A stretch of DNA of 64,000 nt from Octopus sinensis (Eukaryota). The notes beneath the pieces are model-generated. The model searched no databases. It was not told the origin of the DNA and saw only the letters and a program-made list of their open reading frames with translations. Positions 54,266-64,000 of the stretch are shown here, piece after piece. The first letter of the stretch is position 1. Every line of letters begins with the position of its first letter. The position numbers and the translations under genes were made by a program. Location: assembly GCF_006345805.1 (NCBI RefSeq), contig NC_043004.1, positions 84,134,001-84,198,000 on the forward strand, given 5' to 3'.

Positions 54266-55064
54266 ATATATATATATTTATATATATTCATATATGAAAA
54301 AAGGATAAGACTGACTTGTCTGATAGTTCTAATGAATTTCAGTTTGTAATAAATTTCACAGCTTGGTTTGTAGACCTAGTATGTGCTTTGATAATTTCGG
54401 TGGGCAAATTATTTCATAATTCCTTGTTAACATTTCTAGACAACTTTCTTGCATTCGTCAGTGGCAATTGTCAAATGATCTCAGGTTGTGTTGTACTGTA
54501 TGACTCTATAAATAAGAAATGTGGGTGTGTCTGTGGTGGGGGGTTAGGGCATATTGATACATGTGGGAAGGAAAGAATGTTAATGAGCATGAACTGACAG
54601 AAAATAGGTATCGGGGTGTTTCAGGAGTGTTTTAAGAAGGATGTGTGAAAGTATTCTCCTGTTAGTTCCATTTGAAAAGTTGACATTTGTGAAAAATATA
54701 ATGGTCAGAACTTGTTCAAGTTCTTTTCTTAGAGCTAAATCAAATATTTTATCTTGTAGTTTCAGTAATTTTCTATGTTAAAGATCAGTTTATGTCTGTG
54801 CATGGGGGAGGGTGTTAATGAGGTGTAAGATACACGTCTTTTAATAAGAAGTGTTTGGTAGCAGAGAGAAACACAAAATGGTTAGTTTTGGAATGTTTGT
54901 TTATAGAAATATAATTTTTTATTAGTTTGGGAGGGAAAGTTTTGGAGGTCATGCTAGTTCGCATATTTCTGTCCCTATATATAAACATACAAAAAAGTAT
55001 ACATTCGTATATATATACATATATGCACATATATAGATACGCATATATACGTACACACACACAT

Positions 55065-55138
<74 letters not shown>

Positions 55139-55198
55139 TAATAGATATATATATATATAATATATATATTATTATATATATATAATATATATAAAAAT

Positions 55199-55461
55199 AT
55201 ATAAAATGGGACCAGAACGCAAAACATTCAAACAGACGATATGAAAACGTATCAAGAACCGGATCATCCTTGCAATTTCGGCATATTAGTTTTGAGATTG
55301 CAATTTCGGCTGATTAGTTTTGAGATTTCTCCGCTCTGGCCAGCCCCAAGGAAAATCTAAGCTACGAGCATTAAATTTCTTAGAAAAAGGATCGAATGTA
55401 TACGAAACAAGGACAGAACAACGGACGATGTTGCACGAAAATAAATACAAAAAACAAAAAA

Positions 55462-55541
<80 letters not shown>

Positions 55542-55748
55542 TATAATAATAATAATAATAGGACAAAGACAACGGCCGTCTTTCGACTTAGTTTTTCCGT
55601 GGGGCTGGCCAGATCAGAGCAATCTCAAGATTAATCAGCCGAAATTGCGAGGATGATCCTGTTCTTGACTGAAGATTAGAGGCTTCGAATGACCCATCCG
55701 TTTTCGTATCGTTTATTTGAATGTTTTGCGTTCTTGTCCCATTTTATA
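55199..55748. repeat. Imperfect inverted repeat (~160-bp arms) around a (TAA)n tract
   Basis: 55199-55361 vs 55587-55748 (ATATAAAATGGGAC.AGAACGCAAAACATTCAAA; CTGGCCAGCCCC); (TAA)n at ~55462-55559; related fragments at 59270-59335 and 59745-59775. Confidence 0.75.
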
Positions 55749-55805
55749 TATTTTTTATACATATATTTTTGCGGCGTACGTATAAACCTTCCTCTTATGT
55801 GAATG

Positions 55806-55871
<66 letters not shown>

Positions 55872-55929
55872 GTATATATATATTATATATATATACATAT
55901 ATATAGTTATATAGATATACATATACATG

Positions 55930-56001
<72 letters not shown>

Positions 56002-56035
56002 ATGTGTGTATAAAGCAAATAAATAACAAGCATAT

Positions 56036-56122
56036 ATGTAACGGGCGTTTCAAGCGGATCCATTTAATTTATCAATGAAAACGTTACATCAATTTGAAAG
56101 CAATTGCTCTCCTCTGAAATTG
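56036..56122 (-). ncRNA. Degenerate paralogue of the 53.4-kb hammerhead
   Basis: CAGAGGA-GAGCA-[same long loop]-CGCUU-GAAA-CGCCCG-UU; core and helix III are mutated. Flanking homology to 53.3-53.55 kb. Confidence 0.5.
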
Positions 56123-57099
56123 ACGAGCTTATAGATTTCCAACATAAACGTTAAGCCATATTTCTTAGCAAAATTTCGTAAGTCAAGAGACTAAAATAAT
56201 TACAATGTTTCCTTTTGATATTTTTGTGGCAGACTGAACTTATGGACAAAATGTATACCTAAAGCCTGCTATAATTTAGAGTGGCAGAGTAAAACAAATG
56301 GCCTCAAGAAAGAAGAATGGTGATATAGCTACATTTATGCTTATCTTTATCACCTTCAAAAGATTTAATGCAGCATGTTGTATACAAGCCCTTAGAATTA
56401 AACCCATTTGACAGTTAAGTTCTTGTTGGTGGTGATAAATTAATTAATGTCAGATACTCTCCCCGGCCGCTATATTACTGGTAACATTTATCCAGTCCTT
56501 ATGTAGATAAAAATGAGATGAGTCTCAGAGTTGCAAGTAAAATAATGATAGATAGAGAAGCAGTACTAAACAGAAAGAGGAAGGACAGCCGTGGCTAAAC
56601 ATATTATGATTATCAAAAAGAAGGGCACGATTTAGAAAACAAAAGGGGTCAAAATGTGTTCTAAGTGTGGGAATTAGGAGAGAGAGTGACAAGATATATC
56701 CGAACTTTAAAAAATTTATATGTTAAAAGTTTAGAAAAGGATTTCCAAACTATGTAAATGAAGGCAAGGATAGATAAAGCAACCTAAACCTTTAAAGTGG
56801 GGTACTTTGATAAATAAGAGAAAGCTCATAAGGCCTTTTCCAAACATATTCTTTAGATGGTATGCCAAAATTATTCAATTATGCACGTATAATTAAATTT
56901 AGATATAGTACCATACTGGCTTGTTAATTTAAGTACCTTATGCAAAAGAATGTTAATTATTTCTTTGATATATATATATATATATATATATATTCTTTGA
57001 TATATATATATATATAATGCTTGTGTATGTACGTATTTAGATTTGTTTATTTACATTAATTTATTAATTTATTATAATATAATATTAATTTATGGCTTA

Positions 57100-59054
57100 T
57101 ATGGGTATAACTTGTTAAGGGTTGATTTGGATGAATGGGAGCCACTAGGTGTTTAGGGGTGTTTTTGGATGGTTGTTCCCTATATATTGTGAATGTTTCC
57201 AATCCCCTTGTATTATATTTGGTATGGTGTTCATGGCAGTTTTATTTTTTATTTGGGTATTGTTTGTATATATATTTACATATAGATGTATATATATTTA
57301 TTTATTTATCTGTATGGGTGTGAATATATTGGTGTATATATCGAGTATTGTACGTATGTATATGTATGTGTGAGTGGGTATATGTATATGTTTGTGGGTG
57401 TGTGTTATATGTGTGTGTATTTGTGTGTGAATGTATATATTAGGGGCATTGCTATATAGGTTTGTTATTGTGTATGGTAAAGGGAGCTTTTATCATTATA
57501 TTTGTATGTATAGGTTTCGTTTATCATGATTGTTTATTAAAGAATTTTGTAGTGAATTCAGTCTATTTACGTCGATTAACATATTATTCCATTCTATCCC
57601 ATTCATAATCTTAAAAATAACGTTCGTTCATCACGCGCAAAGAATTTATTAAAAATATATTCTATTTCTATGGTAACGTAATTTTGTAAACGCTGTAACA
57701 GTTAGACTTTTAAATTCACTTCATAACTTAAAATTGAATAGAAGGTATGTATTGTTTCTCCTTATGTTAATCTTGTTGTTTATGTAGTGTTCTATTTATC
57801 GTACTTTTCTTTGTTATTAATTATTAAATTATTTAGACATACTTTGACAAATAGATAGGTTCGTTTTTAAATGGTTATGTTTAATAATAGAATAATTCTA
57901 CATAAGTTATTATTCACATTCATAAATTTGTTTTAGAGTGGTGTTGGGGTTTTTAATAGTATATTGCTGAGTAGGGAATGTTACTGTATGTATGTGGCTG
58001 AGTGTATGCATCTGCTGAATTTGTTACTCCTCTGTGTTGGAGTGGCGGTAGGAGTGTGGTTGTATGTGAGTGATTGTGTGTCAGTGTGTGTGTGTGTGTA
58101 TTGTTTATGTGTAGAAATGTTGTTTTCTTTTGAGTGTTTATGTATGTGTGAATGTGTGTGTGTGCGTGTGTTTGTTTGCGTATTTGTGTATGTTTGTCGC
58201 ATGCATGTGGTATTTGGAATATGTGTGTGTGTGTGTGTGTGTGTTTGTTTTAAGTATTTATGTATGGTTGTTGTATATATGTGGTATATGGTATTTGGTA
58301 GTTTCTTGCTAAGAATGAAATGTTTATGTTGTTGTGGTTGAGTATATGCGGCTGATGGATGTGTGGTTGTCATGCAGATTGAGTGTGTTTATGAATGAGG
58401 GTTGTATGTGTGTGTGTGGGAGTATGAATAAGTAATGTGTATAAGTATACGGCTACTTTATTAATTTATCGTTGCCTAGATGTTTATGTGTATGTATAGA
58501 TATATATATATGGGCGTGTGAGTTAGTGTATGTATTTAGATATGTTTATATATACTTAGATATATGTGTATGAGCATGTGTGTATATATATTTTATTTTT
58601 ATTTTTTGTTTTTTGAAATTAGATTCTTCATCTTTAAATATGAGAACTTAAATACTAGGTTTCTTTATATTCAATTGTTTATAGAGGTTATTTTAGTTCT
58701 TGATTATATATAGATTATATATAGATTATATATATTTTTTTTTTTTCATTGATAAATTTATATTATTTATAGTTTTAGTAATTTTAAATTTATATCTTAA
58801 AAATATTGATTATTTTTAGATCTGAAATCCACCTGATGAATGTCCTTAGAAGAGACACGAAACAATTGCAGTGGCGAATTTAATTTTATTTAATTTATAT
58901 TAACTTTTTTTATGTATTGGATTAAGTCTTTCTTTGTTTGATTTGCAAAATAGTAGTTTTGTCTCTAATTAATATTATATAATATGTTACTATAAAATTG
59001 GATTCAATCCTAAATCTGATTTTTCCCTGTAAATTTGGATTTATTTCCTAATAT

Positions 59055-59065
<11 letters not shown>
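57100..59065 (+). mobile_element. Probable PLE 3' UTR/pseudo-LTR remnant (GT-rich low complexity, hammerhead, ends at (TAT)n(TA)n)
   Basis: Strand-biased G/T-rich sequence, a hammerhead-like motif at 58829-58874 and a terminus at a microsatellite. No ORF recognised. Confidence 0.4.
58829..58874 (+). ncRNA. Degenerate minimal hammerhead ribozyme
   Basis: CCAC-CUGAUGA-A UGUC cuuagaaga GACA C-GAAA-CAAUUG-CA-GUGG. The architecture is intact but G10.1>A and U16.1>C. Confidence 0.55.
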
Positions 59066-59119
<54 letters not shown>

Positions 59120-59780
59120 TTACTTACTAACTTACTTGGTCACAAGGCGAGCAAAGGTATATGTATTCGGCTATATGTATATATAAACACTGGAAAAGTA
59201 GAACAAAATAGCAACAGACGATAATAAAGCATTAAAACAGCAAAAAGGCGGGCAGAGAAACAAGGATGGGTCATTCGCAGGCTTCTCTACTAAGTCAACT
59301 CTCCAGATTAAACTTAGATTTTCGGTCGGTTACACATCAGAGAGCTCAATCGGTTGTGTATATCTAATGTTCATCTCCTATATTTCTACCTCAAAGCTTT
59401 CACTGTACACATTGGTCGCTATTAGTCGAAAGGCACATGATGTTATTTTCCTGTTGCTTCTATTTGTAATTGTGTGACATTTTCTTCCTTTCTTGTCCTT
59501 TTTTATCTTTTTGTTTTCGTAAACATTCGCTTTGTTACTCACAAGATACTTAATGCTTTTCGTTGAAAATTTTGTGGGTCAAACATATTTGAAGAATCTC
59601 AAGTATAACTGGCCGAAACTGTAAGCATAGTACCTGGAAAGTTTACTAAAGAGAGCAGGCTTGTTTTTTCCTGTCTGTCTTTCTGTTTTATTTTTTCCTG
59701 TCCGTCTTTCTATCGACTATCTGGCTGCATATTTTATTGTCGCCTGTTGCGTTCTTGTTCTTGTTCCATTTATATATATG

Positions 59781-59826
<46 letters not shown>

Positions 59827-59892
59827 ATAAAACACGTACATATATATTTTCTAGTTCATACGTACCCATATATTTATACACGCATTCAGACC

Positions 59893-59929
<37 letters not shown>

Positions 59930-60210
59930 CAACAATTGAGGGTAAAATTAATTAATTATTAATCAATTTCACCAAGTATTCAGTATGTAAAGGGACCATT
60001 ATAGGCGAATTCAAAATATTACATTATATATAAGGGCTTAGTAAAATAAATTACTTTGCCACATACTGAACTCATTAGAAATAGCAGCTAAAGAAATTTC
60101 TTCAGCTATTTCTAATACTTAAAGAAGATCTCTCTCAGATAGTGTTTGCCTAAACCAACTCACAAAAGTATGGGGGAAAAAACATTAAAAAATCAAGTGC
60201 AAAGGTTATT

Positions 60211-60262
60211 TGAGAACGTACGTTTCTAGATTAGTCAATTCGACATTTCTTTCTTCAGCTCA
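60211..60262 (-). ncRNA. Minimal type-I hammerhead motif (inverted copy)
   Basis: Identical to the reverse complement of 37352-37403. Confidence 0.6.
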
Positions 60263-60792
60263 GAATTCCTTGAATCGGATTTGTTCTCAAATAACCTTTG
60301 CACTTGTTTTTTTAATGTTTTTTCCCCCATACTTTTGTGAGTTGGTTTAGGCAAACACTATCTGAGAGAGATCTTCTTTAAGTATTAGAAATAGCTGAAG
60401 AAATTTCTTTAGCTGCTATTTCTAATGAGTTCAGTATGTGGCAAAGTAATTTATTTTACTAAGCCCTTATATATAATGTAATATTTTGAATTCGCCTATA
60501 ATAGTCCCTTTACATACTGAATACTTGGTGAAATTGATTAATAATTAATTAATTTTACCCTCAATTGTTGAAATTATAATTCATCTCTCTCTGCTAAATG
60601 CTGCGGTTTTCACCTTATACATGGTGTTTGTCAATTTTAACCCACGCTGGTGGAAAGGGGAGAGCAGAAATTCTTCGCTTGCATATTCGAATTTGATAGC
60701 ACTTTTAGTTCGAGCAGAATTCTAGAGGTGATTAGAAGCCGAAAGAGTATGCTCCCGACTTTCAGTGTTCCCAAATCCGATTCAAGGAATTC

Positions 60793-60844
60793 TGAGCTGA
60801 AGAAAGAAATGTCGAATTGACTAATCTAGAAACGTACGTTCTCA
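60793..60844 (+). ncRNA. Minimal type-I hammerhead motif
   Basis: Identical to 37352-37403. Confidence 0.65.
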
Positions 60845-61032
60845 AATAACCTTTGCACTTGATTTTTTAATGTTTTTCCCCCATACTTTTGTGAGTTGGT
60901 TTAGGCAAACACTATCTGAGAGAGATCTTCTTTAAGTATTAGAAATAGCTGAAGAAATTTCTTTAGCTGCTATTTCTAATGAGTTCAGTATGTGGCAAAG
61001 TAATTTATTTTACTAAGCCCTTATATATAATG

Positions 61033-61075
<43 letters not shown>

Positions 61076-61284
61076 GCATAAGTACACGCACAAATATGTA
61101 TACACTACTCAAGTATTTAAGTTTATATATACATTTATAGGGAGAAGGATTAGTGAAATTGTATTGTACCTCCTAGAGTTGTTCTTCTCTTCAGCTATCG
61201 AATGATTGAAAGTGTGGGTGTCATTCACTAACAATTGGATATACACATCTTTTTTAGAAACTAAAAAAGAATCCCGTTATTGGG

Positions 61285-61950
61285 GGTGGTTGGTGTGGAA
61301 AATCCTTCTTTGTGTTGAGTACTTGTTTGTACTTTCTAAGGAAAAATTCTTCCCTATATTTCCGGAAATGTTCGTTGTCCGACCATAACTTGAAGAAGGG
61401 GAAGATTGTGAGTTTTCCCTGTCTGCATGATGCGAAGTGTTCACTAAAAGTGGAGTTTCTTGCAGGGTGTCTCTAATTTGTTGTTTATGCATCCGAACTC
61501 TATCCTGTTGGCTCGTTCCTTTTTTACGAAAGTATTACATTGTGGGCATGCTTCACAGTAAAATCAGATTTTTATTTTGCAACTCATGTTTGCATTAACT
61601 TTGAAAATGTCATTGCTTTTAAAGGAGATTTGGCCACTCTCTTAAATGTATTCTCACGTTCCTCATCGAGGGTCACTGCATTTCTTAACTTACATTCTTT
61701 TAATGTTAGACGTAAGTTTCGCCTCGGTGAGCAGTTCTTTTAGATTGAGTGCTTGACTTCTACTATATATCGTTTGTGAGACTTTTATGAGTGCATTGAT
61801 TTTGGGGGAATCACTGGAGAATTCGAAAATTGCTTGGCGGCTTTCACAAAGAATCGAAGTTCCTTGCCTTGTGAGTGACGGCAAAAGGCCTATCTATTCT
61901 TTCCTTTTTATTTTGTTGTTTGGTTTTTCTCAGTGATGTCACTGTAATGT
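61285..61950 (-). pseudogene. Decayed PLE linker + GIY-YIG endonuclease fragment
   Basis: Remnants IYSRSQALNLKELLTEAKL and STFSEHFASCRQGKLTIFPFFKL.SDNEHFRKYREEFFLRKYKQVLN parallel the EN at 47669-48196. Confidence 0.6.
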
Positions 61951-63053
61951 TCTGGGCCTTGGACATGGGCGTATCGTTGTGGTTCACCAGATATACATAC
62001 GAGAAATGCTGAAACATTTATAGATTTGAGTTAAAAGAAATAAAGTCGGATCAGTTAATTATCATATTATTCAACATATTCCCCTCTCAGATTCACACCC
62101 ATTTTGCAAGGATCATTAACTTTTCTAAGACCTTTAAATGGACACTAAACTTTGAGCCTCCCTTACAGACGGGAACTACTTTTACAACCAGGAATTTTTC
62201 AGCACATATATGTGTGTATGTGTGCGATCGCACGCTCATGTGTGTGTGCGTATGTGTATGTGTATGTGTGTGTGTATTATTGTAACGATCAGACTTGAAA
62301 GAAATGATAGCAACTCAATTATTGATAGTACTCGACTCATAGGGAACTATGAGTGACTTAACTAAGTATTCAGATGATCATTTCCATTTGCAGTAGCTCT
62401 ACAGGAAAACCTGGATTTTGTAATGCTCTGCATCATATTTATTAAGCAATGGTACTCACACATCAATGGGGTTTTTACTATTTGGATATTATATGTAGAA
62501 GAGATGGTCCACTTTAGCCGTCGTAACGATATCTCGTAAGTTCATAGGACAAAATATCATTTGACAAACCATGATCAAAATTCGCGTCATGTCTCTGAAA
62601 CAGTATAAAATCTCACATTTTACTAAATTTAAGCTTCAAGTCAAATTATTATATAATAAATCAGATAAGGAACTCACTTCTTGCGCACGTTGTTTACAAG
62701 TAAATTATTGAAACGGACATTGTGTTCTACTCATGATGTCATTTTACTAATGAACCCATTCACTCCGGAGTAATTATTAACGTTTAATTGACGCGTCTTT
62801 CAGAATGACATTGTACGCAGTCAGTTTCAAAGTTAACTACTGTTGACTAGATGGATTTCGATCGATATCAATGTCATCTTCAACAATACAGTTATTTGAT
62901 GCACTTATTAGATCGTTATTAGGAAGAGAGGAAAAGAAGAATCTGGATACAATTTGCGATTTAGCTAAATTGAAACTGTTGATTTAATTGATATACTGTT
63001 GCTTAAAAATATGTGACATTTATTGAAGAATTGGCAAATATTAAGAGATATTT

Positions 63054-63125
<72 letters not shown>

Positions 63126-63172
63126 ATGTGTGTGTGTGTGTGTATGTTTGTGTGTCTGCGTTCCTCCACGCG

Positions 63173-63206
<34 letters not shown>

Positions 63207-63210
<4 letters not shown>

Positions 63211-63941
63211 TAAAAAGGCAGGCAACAGGTTGCTCTGCCGCATACCGAAAGAATTAGAAATGGCAGTTAGAGACTGTTTATTTCCATTTTCTACAAGTGG
63301 GGGCTCCATATTCGACATATCCCTGCGATTCATATACGCAAAATTGGAGTAGTAAATAAACGAAAATAATCCCTTACCGTTAATGGTGAACATGTTTCTA
63401 GATCGTAGGCGAGAAATTGCCTAAAGTATTTCTTCACCACCGTCTTCGTTAGATTTATCAAATGCCACCAGCCTCCACCTTTGACCAGGCGTCATCAAAT
63501 AGTGGGGGGAAAGTGAGCATAGGTTAAAACTAAGTAGACGATTGAGACCGTAAATTTTCCCTCCAAAATTCTGCCATGCGCACCACCGGGATAGTCGTAA
63601 TGGAGTAAGAAATCCAATTAGTAACATAATAAAGGGGTAAATGTTTTTTTCGATGGTTTTTCAGACAACCAACAATTATTTACCGGTAGATTTCGGTATG
63701 TAAATATGACGTTTAGCGTCGGGAACTTCTGTAGAGTTCAGTATATATAGTATATAAGTAAAAGGGCAGGCAACAGGTTGCTCTGCCGCATACCGAAATA
63801 ATTAGAAATGGCAGTCAGAGACGGTTTATTTCCATTTTCTACAAGTGGGGGTTCAATATACGACATAACCCTGCGATTCACATACGCAAAATCGGAGTAG
63901 TAAACAAACGAAAACAATCCCTTACCGTTAATGGTGAACAT
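63207..63941 (-). mobile_element. ~548-bp hammerhead-containing unit plus partial tandem copy, flanked by (TA)n
   Basis: 63207-63394 repeats at 63755-63941 (period 548, roughly 7% divergent by eye); hammerhead-like motif at 63385-63441. Confidence 0.7.
63385..63441 (-). ncRNA. Degenerate minimal hammerhead motif
   Basis: GGUG-GUGAAGA-[aauacuu UAGGC aauuucuc GCCUA cgaucua]-GAAA-CAUG-UU-CACC. Palindromic helix III ACAUGU, GUU triplet, C3>G. Confidence 0.5.
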
Positions 63942-64000
63942 ATATATATATATGAAATTCAGGGTGAAGACTTGAAAATTGTAAGCACCTGTGTATGCCG

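Larger units (their letters stand above)
59926..61039. mobile_element. Second composite of the ~555-bp hammerhead repeat (inverted arm 59926-60283 + tandem forward 60284-61039), flanked by (TA)n
   Basis: Near-identical to 36509-37689 but with different junctions. Confidence 0.85.

Noticed and set aside
56300-56800. Possible + strand decayed Penelope endonuclease (TAVAKHIM..EGHD)
   Set aside because: Only a few residues match across frameshifts; too weak to call without a profile search.
59595-59635. Hammerhead-like TTGAAGA...GGCCGAAAC
   Set aside because: Helices II and III do not pair; at best a very decayed remnant.
62040-62200. Possible Tc1/mariner-derived MITE fragment
   Set aside because: Vague resemblance only; no paired TIRs or TA TSD identified.
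63660-63740. Minus-strand peptide KRHIYIPKSTGK resembling a group II intron RT motif
   Set aside because: Immediately followed by stops, with no other RT motifs; lies inside the 548-bp non-coding unit; likely chance.

Overview
AT-rich, microsatellite-dense animal genomic DNA. It is most likely an octopus/cephalopod intronic or intergenic region; this is inferred from SINE families resembling the octopus tRNA-derived SINEs and was not verified by search. No host protein-coding gene can be supported, and nearly all ORFs in the track are translations of simple repeats. The recognisable content is mobile DNA: (1) a 5'-truncated, one-frameshift Penelope-like element (PLE; RT + GIY-YIG endonuclease, Neptune-like) at 46.9-49.7 kb, plus several decayed PLE fragments; (2) a decayed Chapaev3-like (CMC superfamily) DNA transposon at 25.55-27.71 kb; (3) an RTE-LINE 3' fragment; (4) about 15 SINE copies of three families; (5) a 16-bp minisatellite. 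The most interesting signal is a set of minimal type-I hammerhead-ribozyme motifs with palindromic helix III. Several lie in ~550-bp non-coding units arranged head-to-tail and inverted inside (TA)n tracts (36.5-37.7, 59.9-61.0 and 63.2-63.9 kb), which look like retrozyme-like non-autonomous PLE derivatives. In two of these elements the 5' boundary falls within a few nt of the predicted self-cleavage site.
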